Shown: positions 49,781 through 61,737 of the stretch, in pieces | Numbering within the stretch: position 1 is the first letter of the stretch | Layout of the letters: each line of letters begins with the position of its first letter | Assembly (NCBI RefSeq): GCF_052425735.1 | Contig: NC_135763.1 | Span: 10,292,001-10,356,000, forward strand | Reading direction: 5' to 3' | From: Oculina patagonica | Taxonomy: Eukaryota | DNA length: 64,000 nt | Program-made: the position numbers and the translations under genes | Notes under the pieces: model-generated | What the model saw: only the letters and a program-made list of their open reading frames with translations | Told to the model about the DNA's origin: nothing | The model's database searches: none

Positions 49781-50923
49781 TCACATATTTTCAATTTCGT
49801 CCACAGTTACTAAAACTTCCTCTGCACTGGGTCTCGAGGAAGGGCTCGCTTCCCACAACATCCTCATAAGTTCAATATAAGCAGAAGTAGACGGCTGGTC
49901 GCCTGACGCACTCGCCGGCAAGTTCGCAAGCGACGGGCGCAAATGATGCGCAACAACTCCAAAAATAACAACAAAGTGACTTTCAAGTCCGTAAGGGTGC
50001 TCCCGAAAAAGCATCTGCCATAGGCAGATTCCAAGCGAGTACATGTCCGCTTTGACGCTCGGTAGCTCGCCTTTTAACAACTCCGGCGCCCTGTAAGCGA
50101 ATGTTCCAGTCAACAAGCTTTTTGGGCTTGGTGATGGGCTGGGTGGCAGCGCTAGTTCGTTCTTGGCAGTCAGCTCAACGCTTTGACAACACCCAAAATC
50201 GCCCAGTTTGCAAAGATCTTGGCGATCGACGATCACGTTTGCAGGTTTTAAGTCCAAATGTACAAGGCAGTTCTCGTGAACGAATTTGAGCGCGCAGGCA
50301 ATGTCACGCACAAAGTGCCACCTTCGAGCACTTTCCAAAACTTCGCGATCATCGTCAATAATAGTCTGCAATGTCCTATGACCGGCAAATTCCATCAGAA
50401 TCCACACATCTTCCAAGTTTTCTCGCTCAAGAACAGCCAAAGTCCGTACAATGTTCGGATGTTTCAATGAGAGAATCAATTTCTCTGCTTGAACACTCTC
50501 GTAGATTGCGTACGGATTTTTCACGTTTCGATGCATTTTCTTAACGGCCAGCTTTTTGCCTTCCATTGTTGCTTCGTAGACAGTTCCAAATCCTCCAGAT
50601 CCGATCGTTCGACCGATTTCGCAAAAGGTATTTGGAATCATTTCCTTGCCGATTTTCTCAGCTGCCTGAGTCCACCTTGCACTTTCGTTCGTGTTTCTGC
50701 AGAGTTCGAACTTGTTCGTTTTGCACGAAAAGTTCGTTGAGGCCGCACAAATGCAACGGTTGCACTGAAATGGTTTCATAGTGAAGCCGACTTCTTCGAA
50801 ATCTGCTCCTCTACATGTATCAAACATGCTTTCTTGCTTTTCTGCACCAACGCAGGACAAAATTCGCTTTTTATGTTGAACTTTTCCACGAACCAAGTTT
50901 GTTGTATTGCTAATGACGTTCAT
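49781..50923 (-). CDS. MOS: Mos serine/threonine kinase (oocyte-maturation MAPKKK), intronless, 380 aa
   Basis: IGSGGFGTVY, AVKK, LKHPNIVR, VHLDLKPANV, KLGDFGCC and GTFAYRAPELLKGE are the Mos signature. A single coding exon is typical of Mos. Confidence 0.92.
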   Translation of the reverse strand: MNVISNTTNLVRGKVQHKKRILSCVGAEKQESMFDTCRGADFEEVGFTMKPFQCNRCICAASTNFSCKTNKFELCRNTNESARWTQAAEKIGKEMIPNTFCEIGRTIGSGGFGTVYEATMEGKKLAVKKMHRNVKNPYAIYESVQAEKLILSLKHPNIVRTLAVLERENLEDVWILMEFAGHRTLQTIIDDDREVLESARRWHFVRDIACALKFVHENCLVHLDLKPANVIVDRQDLCKLGDFGCCQSVELTAKNELALPPSPSPSPKSLLTGTFAYRAPELLKGELPSVKADMYSLGICLWQMLFREHPYGLESHFVVIFGVVAHHLRPSLANLPASASGDQPSTSAYIELMRMLWEASPSSRPSAEEVLVTVDEIENM

Positions 50924-50980
50924 ATGACCGCGTACGAGTGAAGTAATCGGTTATAAACAATGTCAAGTTCGATCCGGTGC

Positions 50981-51058
50981 GCGCGAAAAACAACACCGGT
51001 AGACGAGATCTGCGTTTCTGATTGGTCGCGCTGACAGCGTATTGTCTTTCTGACCAAT
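50981..51058 (-). promoter_or_regulatory. Candidate Mos proximal promoter (E2F-type site and two CCAAT boxes)
   Basis: TTTCGCGC on the minus strand at 50981-50988, ATTGG at 51021-51025 and CCAAT at 51054-51058, in a CpG-rich stretch. Confidence 0.45.
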
Positions 51059-54000
51059 GGAAAGGGATCTGAAAAGTTTCCGGTCCGCTCCAGAACGTGA
51101 CTTGCCAGAGAGGAACACCATAAGGAAGATCGAAGGTTCTGCCACGCGCCGAGAGGAGAACGTGTTTAAGTTCGTTCTAAATCGGTCTATGTTCAGCTCC
51201 ACTTCCGAGGCGCGAGCAAAAACGACCGTTCGTAGAAGGACAGCTTCACTACTGCTCCTGTTCCGTTTAGCTAAAATTAGAGCAGTAAACTGAATGAGAA
51301 TTATTTATGACCTCTTTGGCAACAAAATACCCCGTAAATTTACTCATACTGCTTTCCAAATGGTCGCCAATAAATTAAATTTTTATTTTTATTAATAGTT
51401 ATAAAGGTTATTGCGAAACATTTTTCGAGTTCAATTTTGCGTGCCGTGAAATATTGCACTCCGCGCACAAAATATATCGACAAAATAGAGCGTCAATTTT
51501 GATACTTCCCCCACGAAGTTTCTATTTTTGGTAGTGTTATTACGATATCTAGGGAACTTTTGAGTTTTCTCAATTAACATATCAATGGCTAAAAATATAT
51601 AATCTGTCTAGGGTAATTTTTTGGAGAAATATTTTTGGTAGCACAAGGCAAAATAAAAGATTTGGAGTTTTTCCAGGTATTTTATGACTGCTACAACCGT
51701 AACTAAAAAGAATCAAGGAAGCAATTTTGAGGATGTAAATATGAGAATTTTAACCACCGCTGTCCGTTTTAACTCTCGATCGTTCGTATTAACATCCGGT
51801 TTTAGTTAAAGAGGGGATTTCCCTTCTGAAAATTTCCTAGAAGACGAAACCAGTCAAAAATTCGAGTCACGTTGTAAAATACAGCTTCATAAGAATTCTG
51901 TTTACATTTTGAGGGTTACCCAAGGTGCTAATGGATTTTGGAACTCGGCTGATTTTCACCGTCGCATGACTTCGACCAGTTGATCACGCGCGCGCGGCTT
52001 TGCACGAGAGTGTCTTGCATTTTGAAGATAGGACATTAAACGTCCCAAACCGACAATTTAGTCTTCGTTATAAACTAACATTAAAGGAAGTGCGATTTGG
52101 GAAAAAAAGGAGGGGGAAGAAAAGCCCTGAAAAGTTATAAACAAACAAATAAAATTTTTTGGGGGCTTCACCATGACCGACTTGTCGGGGAATGTTCTCT
52201 CACGCAATTTCATATTTCTGTTAAATAAGCCGTGAAGGGAAGCAGTTGGGAACTGCGTCGTTGAAGAATATTTTTATACATTTCAGTAAAGATTTTTATG
52301 ATGAGTTTCCCTTAGTTTTTAAAAACGCTTTGTATGTGATGTACGGACATCGTACTTTTGCTTCCGTGTTTCGTTGCGTGACACCCGGGAACGGACACGG
52401 TTTCTTGAACTATTTGTCACACACAGGGAATTGGACTCGAAAGCACAGCTAAAATTGTATATTTATGGGTTAATCAATGAAGACAATCATAAATCTTCTC
52501 TGAAATGTCTCATAGTATTATGCTGGCGTTGAAAAGGCTATCGAAAAGTATACTTAGAAGATTTATTGAGTCTAATTTGAGGCTAGTGCTGAGGAGGTCT
52601 GAAAAGGCGTCTGTGACAGAATGACTTGATGCACGTAGCAGTAATTATGTTAATTGCCCCAGGTAATTATGCGTGCCTGCCTGATTCCATGACCCAGATA
52701 CATGCATGCACCAATGCCAAACTCCCAAACATCTCGTGACTTTAAAAAAGAACATTCTGAATTAGCACTCAAAGATAAACCTTTTAATTTTTATGAGCTC
52801 TTGCACGCAAAAATCAAGACATCATGTCAAGTTTTTTTTTCTCTCTTTTTTTTTTTTTTTTATTCAGTTTAAAATCCATTGCTGCACTTCAGTTGTAATA
52901 TATTCTGGGGGGTGATTTATAACTATTTCAGTAGGAGGTACAAAATGGTGTTGGCTGGGCAAAAATCGCTTTTTAATTATTTTGAGTTTGCAAAAACAAG
53001 ACTGCTCGCCCATGTTGGAAAAGCAATTTTTTATGGAGGCCGTTTGAGAAAAATTGTGACAGATAGCACGTTCAAACACGTTGCAAAAAGGTCATGTTTG
53101 GGGTCAAACAAAGTGTGCAGAGCACCCTGTTATAGCTGTGTTTTTTTTCTTCTTTCCTCTGCCTCTTTGTCCTTGTACGTGAACAATATACTGTTATCTC
53201 AACTAATGGATTCAGTTCGCAAACAGTGAAATAATCTTGAACTTGAACTTTCTAGGAGCACACGGCAGGCTCCGCCGTACGGTGTATACTCTCTATATTG
53301 GGTATGAAGAAAATATCAGTTGCATCAAAGCGATCTGTCGATAGTATGTCATTGAAAACTTGTTCTATTAAGTGCGATTTGTGTAAGGTCAGTCACTGCA
53401 AAAGGCCCGTTGCGTTTCCGAAGGGAGGCAGGGGGTGGCAAAAAGGAAAAGTACAGTTTTCTTTTATACTGTGGTGTTCATTAAAGTTTTTGTTTACATC
53501 CAAGGTTTACATTTTTCAGCGATTTATGTTTTGTAATGTGACGAAAAGGTATTCGCAGATTTTGTATTTATGGAAATGCGCGGAGATTGTTTACACTTGC
53601 ACTTAGGAGTTCAAAATAAAAATCCGGATAAAACCGGATAAACGAATGTCTGGGTCTTCATTTATGCAGCCATCATTTCAGATGTAATTCAATCTGAGCG
53701 AATTTTGCGGATTTCTGATCTTCCGAGATGCATGTTTTTAAGATGTTTAAAGTAGTTTTTCTAGCTGAGTCCGAACTTTCCGTCCTGTTTTTGGGACACC
53801 GAACCGGAATATCTTTTTGCACGTACTTGTCAAACGGAAAGATAAATGAATGTTATTTTTGCGGGGTAAACATGGCGTCTGAAACTGAGGTCATGCCAAG
53901 CTGACAGGAATATAGTGGCTATTGCTGAAATTTATATTGTGGCGTAATATTTTTCCTGCAATAAACTTTGGCGCAAAAAGGCGCTTCCATGATTTTTTAA

Positions 54001-57000
54001 GTTCGATACCGGTGCAGCGAGACCGCCCGTGAGTTTATGCACGAATTGCGCTTGCCGTGACTGTTTGCATTTGCCTAGCGGCAATCTATGACGTAATTAT
54101 ATGCACCTGACTTACCGTATTACGTGACCCAAGCATGCACAGCAACTCGATCGCCTCCAAACACTTCATTTATCTGAAATGTTGACAATCTTAAACGTAA
54201 GAAAAGGACGTATATTTGTTTTATTTTTCGCGTCAAACCGGAGAAAAAACATTGCGAATTTTAAATGAGCACGTTTGCAATTTCGCACAGAACGGAGGAG
54301 TTTTTTATTTTAAATCTCATATTAATGTGATCGTTTACAACCGACTCAAAATGAAATGTCTCAAACTTCAATTTTTAATATTATAACCTTAATTTGTTTT
54401 GAAGGCGATTTACTTTTATTTGTAGCAATAAATTAAAGACAAGAAAATTGTCTTCAAGGGTTAAAGTTTCGTTTGCAGTACCGAAGGCAATTTTCGCCGT
54501 TTATAAGCACTTTAAAAGAAGAAACACTTTTCACCGCGAAAGATTGGCAGTGTTTCTGCTAAATCGCGTAAGCGCTCTTTGCCATGGATTTCGTATATAA
54601 AAGGTCATAAAACTCATGCAGCGATGTCTATATTTGGTTAAAAAGAAATTGCGTACCCGTATAGCTAAAGATGTTAGAGTTGAAAATAAAGGAAAATCTG
54701 AAAAAGATGTGCACAAAATGCTTGCTGCTTTTAAGCAACGCGTGCATCTTTCTGTCTTTCTGGAACTCAAAACTGCCTATGACATTTTTTTTTTATTTAC
54801 GGGGTATTCATAGTTCATGCCTCTGCAGATCTCTGCAAGTCATTCATTGCAAATATTCATCTTCTAAATTTCTCGACGTTTTCTTCATTTTACAACAAGA
54901 AACAATAAAGTAAAAGTTAAAGCACTATTGATAATTAATTGAATTCGAAGTCGAACCTGAGTGGGCACCCGTGATTTTCAGCACGCTCTTGGTACACGTG
55001 CTTCGGGGGCCGTTTCAGAGCTTTTAAAATCGTTGACCCACAACTATTTCAGTTATGGGGCGAAACCCAAATCAAACAAAAATAATGTTAGAAATGAGAA
55101 GAATATTTGGCACACTGAATAAGATAAAAATGTTCGAATTTTTTGGGTGTTTACAAGCATAATGTTTTCCCGGTAATTCTTATTTTACATTCACCTGTTT
55201 TAGACGGATTTACAGTCCTGTTTTAGCAATTTAGTCATTTAAGGTCAGGTTACTGCCACAAATAGTTGCAATTTTTCAAGGGGCTTGTGAGTGACTGAAA
55301 TCACGTTTAAAATTAACTTTTTGGATAGACATTTTTTGTCCACTCTTGACCTGTGGCCACGGTTTTCTTTTCCTAATACGTCTGTTTATCGTGTACGAAT
55401 TATTGAGTGGCACGCAGATTGCCGAGCTTGAAAGCGTGCACGGGATCTGGGAGCACCCGCTCCCTGGAAGTGAGGTCCCGTCAAAAAGGATCCCGGATCG
55501 CACAGAGGCGCATATCAATGCTTACAATAGGCTTGTTTGTTTTCGGTTAAAGTCAGTGAATGCATTGAATATCGTGAATTTGAAAATCGCCCAAGTTTCA
55601 TTCGCTATTGATTAAGCATTCGGCATTTAACGAGGCAAAGGAATAGCTAAGAAATCGAATTTTAATGCGAATTTATGAGCAGTCATTAATATTCAGTTCT
55701 ATGATAAACAATATCAGTTGACACTATTTTAAGCTTTAGCAGATCTATAATTTTTCTTTTGACGAAATAAAGCAATATTTCGCTGTGTGATCAACCTGTC
55801 CTGTAGCAGACGTTCTAAAGAGTCTTATAGAATGAAATCCCGATTTCTCAGTCGAACCTCCAAGGGAACCAAAATATGGTTCAAGAAACCGGGGAAAAAG
55901 TTGCAGCGTTTACATGTAACTCAGTGAAGCAAATCCGAGGGAAACAATATTTCGTTCAAGTTATCGGGATGTTTGAGAGATCGAGGGTTCGAGAATCGGG
56001 ACTTCAATGTAATGTCAGTTTGTGTATCAAAACAATTCTTAATTGATGAGGAGCTATATTCAGATACTGTAGGTCACAAGTGCGTGGCGATTTTTTAACT
56101 GCGAACTTAAAGCTTTTAAGTTCGTGAAAAAGAAAATAAAATATTTATTCGTTGACGTAATACACCAGACTATTTAACAAATAAAAGGCATTTACTGCCA
56201 TTCTAGCGGTATGACCACTTTCGTCTTGGCAAAAAGCCTAACAAAAAACGCAAGAGAACAACAGAAGACTGAAGTCACTGAATTTGTGCATATATTTTTG
56301 GAGCTGAAGCAATCCTTGACCATGTACAGCTTCCTATAAAATGCTGCTACAAAAAAATTATTGCCATTTCTGTTTTTTGGCAGTACTATTTGAGGGGTAT
56401 TCCATATTAAGACCAGTTTGTACCCCACGCAAACTGAACGGGCTTAAAATAGCCAGATCTATATTTGACAATGAGCTAAAGTTTTCCGATCGCCTGGAAA
56501 CACAACAACAAACGTTTCCAAGCACGTCCTCGAGATAAAGGTATTTTTTTTTCGAAATGTTGGGAGCTGAAAATTTGCACAGTTTTTAAATAGAGATTTG
56601 TTCCTTTATTTATGTATTTATCTTACTTTTTCAGAGGAGGTATATCGGAAATGACAGAACATCAGAAAGTGATTTAAAATACTGGCTTTCACTTCCAGTT
56701 TGGGCAGTGAAAAAATAGATTTAGACGAACCAAAATAACATTTAGTTGAACCTATTTACGTTCTCTCAATCATTAACTAAAGTATATTTACGGACATATT
56801 GACGTCAAACTGGTCATCCATATACGCACGCACCTACGTATGTGCCAGTTTCGGTCTATAAGAACTCACTTCCGCAACCGAAAATAGATTTAGGAAGTTC
56901 ATATCTATTTAGTTGTAGCTCGCTTCCGGTCAAGCGTGACTTAAAGGAGCTTCGTCACGGGGATTTCGCATATTTTTGGACTAAACTATTTTGAATTTAG

Positions 57001-57133
57001 TGGTAGGGAACTTAACCAATGAAAAACTAAGGAAGATATAATCTGAATTTGCAGACAGGAATCAAACTTCGACTATAAATATTGATTTTTTTTTGAAGAC
57101 GCGCGGAAACAACGAAAAGTTTAGCCTTATTTT

Positions 57134-58050
57134 TGTCTCGTGTTACGTGACGGTCACGTCGTAAACGACGTGACCGTCACGTGAACGAGAAATCTGTGGA
57201 TCTGATCGGTCAGGATAGTGCGTGGACCTCACGTGGTAACGAAGTGATAAGGTCAGTGTCTTTAGCGTTCCAGCCTGACTCACAGGTAACAAAGAAAAAG
57301 AGATGAACAAGTAAAAGTGAACAACAACTAGGAGGAAGAACTAAAGAACTCTAGTTCCCGAGAAGCAGCCCAGCTTTCTTACGGTCAGCCCTCTGTATTT
57401 GTTGTTTAATTTTAGATGATCAGGATCGTCGTATTTGGTTTTAGTGTTAATGAAAGTGAAAATGTGATCGGATTGTTTTTAAAGTTTTGAGTATTTTGCC
57501 GAAATAGACGTAGTGGGATAAACGGAGTTCTCAGTGTGTTGTTCCTCGATCTTGAGTTTGGTATGGAGAGTGGGGCGGGGAAGACCGCGAGAGCCCTGGT
57601 TTGAGGGAGAAGGAAAGGGGAAAAGGGTTGGGATTGTGTGGGTTAGGGAGAAGAGGTAGCAAGAGGGGTGGGGGAGGGGAAGAGAGGGATGGGAGAGGTA
57701 GGTGAGTGTTTTAGTGAGATGAGCTGAGAGTAGTTGTCTATTTTTTTCTCTTAAGAGAGTGGGTGGGCGGTGAGAGGGGGGAGGGTGAGGGAGGGGGGTG
57801 TAAGGTAGTTTGAAGAGTAGAGTCAGTAAGGAGAAATAAGTGGATAAATTTGGGGAGGAAGAGGGAGTTGTATAAATTTTATTTTGAGACCTTTGAGGGT
57901 ATATGAGTTGTTTTTTAGTGAGAGAAGTGGAATGTGAGAAGTGAGGCGGATGAAGGAAGTTGAGATGTAGTGTGAGAGGGGTGTGATCCAGAAAGTTGTA
58001 ATGAACGCAAGAACCACTACTGAAACGAGACAGCCCAATGGGCACTTTGA
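57134..58050 (+). mobile_element. Probable Helentron-type non-autonomous element (HINE/DINE-1-like)
   Basis: subTIRs TGTCTCGT (57134) and ACGAGACA (58025-58032), 3' mini-hairpin GCCCAATGGGC, 5' long palindrome, GA-rich centre, insertion into a T-run with no TSD. Confidence 0.55.
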
Positions 58051-58490
58051 TTTCAGGTTGCAATCCATTTCCATCCTAGCCATACGCAGCCAAAGACGCT
58101 TTATAGCAATTTTTAACAAAATGGACCATTATTTTTAGGCTTTCTATGACAAAAATGTAAATTTTTGCAGAGAGTGTTTACCTGATTTGAGGGGAAAACT
58201 TTACTCGGAAATGGTGGGGATGGGGAAAAGGAAGGGGAGTCGAGTACTCCATACTTCTCTATGTAAGCTATCGCAAAATTTTAATACTACTTCCCTTGCC
58301 TCGTGTGAAGGAAACAAGTGATGACTGTGAAAAATCTGCCTGTTTTGGGTCTTCCTGGATAAGGATGAAGGAAGTTTAAATTACGTTTTCTTTTTTCTTT
58401 GTATGTTTGCTTGTGTTGTAGGTAAATGTAGATGTCAAACACTTTCCTTATGCAATTTACTCCATAACTTGCACTCTGTGTAAAATGTTG

Positions 58491-58997
58491 TAGGGCTTTC
58501 CACAAGTTGCTCGCACTTTTTGCAACTTTTCATGTTTCGAGCACTTTTCCCCTTCGAGCAACTTTTTCCTCTCGAGCAACTTGTTGCATTTGAGCAATTT
58601 CCAGACCGAAGATCTCCGAAGATTATCCGAGTGTTGTTCAAGGCCGACGACGTTTCCGAAGATTACGAAGTGACAGTTTCGAGACGCTGAGACTTCCTTT
58701 CGGCTCACTCACTAAAACTACACCCCGGCAACATGACGTCATCAACTTTCCCCTTGATATATGTTATTTAGAGACTTCGTAAATTGCATAAAACTGCAAA
58801 ATACATTTTTGTATGAAATTAACCCTCAAAGGAAAATTAGTATTTTTAAAGAAATATCCAAGAAGCAGCGCTGGATTTTTGGAGCAACTCGAGCAACTTT
58901 ATTACCAGAAGCAACTTTTGGATTTTTGAAGCAACTTTCGAGCAACTTTGAGAAATTACGGGCACTGGAAATCTCGAGCAACTTGTGGAAAGCCCTA
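58491..58997. mobile_element. Non-autonomous hAT-like transposon
   Basis: TIR TAGGGCTTTCCACAAGTTGCTCG; 8-bp TSD AAATGTTG; internal GAGCAACTT repeats. Confidence 0.88.
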
Positions 58998-59126
58998 AAA
59001 TGTTGTACATTGGAGAGACAATAATGAATGAATTTTTACCGTCCGGTATTATGTTGATAGTCTGGGGTCATGTGGCCACATTAGTGACTAGAAAAAATCC
59101 ATGTGCCGTTTTTTCGCTAGACTGTT

Positions 59127-59268
59127 CACCCCATGAGGACGTACTGCGCAAGAGTGAACAGAGGGAAACCCTGCTCCGTCCATACCGGTGGACGAAGCGA
59201 ACACCAGAAGTGCGCCACCAGACTGACTCCTAAGTCAGAAGGGGCGAAGCGAGGCCCCAGCCGGGGTG
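59127..59268. mobile_element. 142-bp GC-rich mini-insertion with a 6-bp TIR and an 8-bp TSD
   Basis: CACCCC...GGGGTG flanked by AGACTGTT at 59119-59126 and 59269-59276. Confidence 0.65.
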
Positions 59269-59342
59269 AGACTGTTAGAGGTTTTCTTAAGTTTTTTTTT
59301 AGAGGGTACACGACCCTCAGCGCCCCTTCTTAAATAAAAGCT

Positions 59343-59376
<34 letters not shown>

Positions 59377-59620
59377 AAGTCGCAAAACTTCAGAACAACA
59401 ATTTATCTTTCAAATCGGTACCTTGGCTGATTTTTGTATCAAAAAAGTATCTTGTGTTATCTAAGTTTAGTTCTATGTGGTAATAAAGGATATGTTGTTG
59501 TTGTCTCCCCGTGAAATCAACGAATGCTCTTCATTAAATTAATTAATTCACGATTAACGCATCATCCGTAACCATGGTTACCCTATTAAACATACACGCA
59601 ACCCACAATCCTCCACTTTG

Positions 59621-59760
59621 CTCCGACGAAGGGCTTACGCTCGAAATCCGTTTTTCCAATTTCTTTTTAGCGGTTAATTTACCTTTCTCAACTTCCAGCT
59701 GATAACAAACTAGGTGTTTTACTTGACCGCTGACGCAGCATAACGGTTTCTGTAGAAAAT
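59621..59760 (+). mobile_element. Degenerate hammerhead-containing (PLE/retrozyme-type) repeat
   Basis: CCGACGA-A-GGGC-TTAC-GCTC-GAAA: a mutated core with stem II retained. Confidence 0.5.
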
Positions 59761-61319
59761 ATTATTTTTTTAATTAAAAAAAAAATCATCATATACAATA
59801 AAGCGCTATTTACCGCTTAAAATGCCATGCCGCAAACGGGCAGGCCTGAAAACGGGGATGTGTCAGGGCACCCTTTCAAACATTCCACGGAAAGGCGCCT
59901 GGCTGATTAAGTGTGCCTCGATTCCTTTTCCCTGCAAATTCAAATCAAATGGCTGACATGAATTGGCGCCTTTACTGCCTCATGGCCAAGAAGAGGCGAC
60001 AAAAGGAGACCGATTCCGTACGTGGTCAAAATAACTTTTAGCAAAACAAAGAAAGAAAGGCAGGTATTGTACTGTGTTTATATCAAGGCCATTTTTCAGT
60101 TAATTAAGGGCTTATTGTTCGCTTGGTGAGGCCGTGCAATTAAGCGCGCGGAAAGATATAACGCAATTTGTGAGCCAAGTGGTACTGCATTGTTTCTGTA
60201 AATCTTACCATTCAATAGCTTTAATCTTGCACTCCTAAAAATATGTATGCAGTACACCAGGCGGTTATGATCGCATAATCTTACTTTCGGACCGATTTCT
60301 ATTGTTGAGCAAATCTGCGATATTTACCGCAATGTGTGTATTTCAGGTCTTAATCGTCGGTACCGCGTTTTCCTAATTACATTTCAGTACCAAATGCTAA
60401 ACAGAATAAGCGCTATTAAGCATAAAGCCATTTAGAACAAAGATCGATGAAAATTTGCATCAAACAGACTTCAAACTCGTTGCTGCGCGAGGGATCGAGT
60501 GGGAATCATTCCTTGTCAACACTCTGAGCGAAGAAAGCCCAATCTAGGATAAATTTCATTTCTTGGAAATCACCTGGACTGCGTGACTGATAGGTAAGAA
60601 GGGTGCTTTTGCCGGGTTCGACCAGGCTGAATACAATGTAGTTGAATTCCAGTGCCAGATAACTAAATGTTCTTTGTTTACAGCGAAACACACATTGACA
60701 ATTACACGAGAGGTTTCGTCAGACTTCAAAACACCGATTTGTTGTTGAACACCATAGCGCCATTTAAAAAGAACTGCCCAGTTCATATGATCAAGATTCG
60801 ATATTTTGATATGTTTAAACCGATTTTGCGCAATGCTTGCCCGATACAAATGATTATTGGCTGGAAGGCGGAGAATTGATTGAAGACGCAACAATATAAG
60901 TGTGCAATTACCTTCTCTGTCTTTTCATCGGCAGAAAAAGTTTGCTAAACTCGCAGAAACTTGTGAAATAGTTTTCAACAGTTAAAGCATTCTATCGAGT
61001 TGAAAAACACTGAGCAAAGCATTCCTCTCGCAGACTTCTTTCTCTTTTCATCAAACGTTAAAACACTGAGCAAATCGAATGAGCGTTGCGTATTCCTTTT
61101 CTCTCTTAAGCTCAGTCACTGACTTGATTTTAAATAAAGCAACGTAACTTTGTTCTTTATTTGCATTTGTCGGCATCTCGATTCTTTAACGCTAAACAGC
61201 AAATGAGATTCAAAACAATTCCCTTCTTTTAACGGTGTCAGTTTATCATTATGCAATGTCATTATGTTTCACGTTACTTTGAAAAGTAAATCTGCGTCGG
61301 ACTGATGTGACCCGGTTTC

Positions 61320-61505
61320 TGGCCGGACTTATTCCGGTTTCCGTAGCATTAAGCGACTAGGAGTGTATTTATTTCCCCTGGATGGGATGCTTACTCCTCA
61401 TTTATACACCTAGATGGAGAGAGGTTCTGTGAAAGTGAAGCGTCTTACCCAAGAACACAACGCAGTGACCCGGAGTCCAGCGCGCAAATCGTAAGGCCAC
61501 CGCGC
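61320..61505 (-). mobile_element. CORE-like SINE, internally deleted
   Basis: Family tail and core present on the minus strand. Confidence 0.65.
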
Positions 61506-61737
61506 CAATTTCCAAACAATGCAGCCGACTTTCCGAAATATCGGTGCGAAATATCGGTGCGATTTGTATTGAGAACTGGCAACCGCGCACGAAATATAAG
61601 ATAACTGCGTTTGGAATAACTTGCAAGAAAGAAAAAGGGCGCTAAGGTTTTAAACTTTTGATTGTTCAGGTGTTTCAATGCTATTATAAAGGAACTTAAA
61701 CACATTTTTTGTTCTTTTTAGCTGTGTTTTGGTGCAC

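Noticed and set aside
57134-58032. Solo LTR interpretation (TG...CA ends)
   Set aside because: No TSD, PBS or polypurine tract was found, and the insertion appears to extend past the CA to include a hairpin.
57479-58063. 194-aa minus-strand ORF
   Set aside because: Low-complexity P/L/S/H translation of a GA-rich repeat interior with a non-ATG start.
51057-61700. Numerous 60-116 aa ORFs
   Set aside because: No recognisable motifs, many non-ATG starts, and no consistent chain of splice sites.
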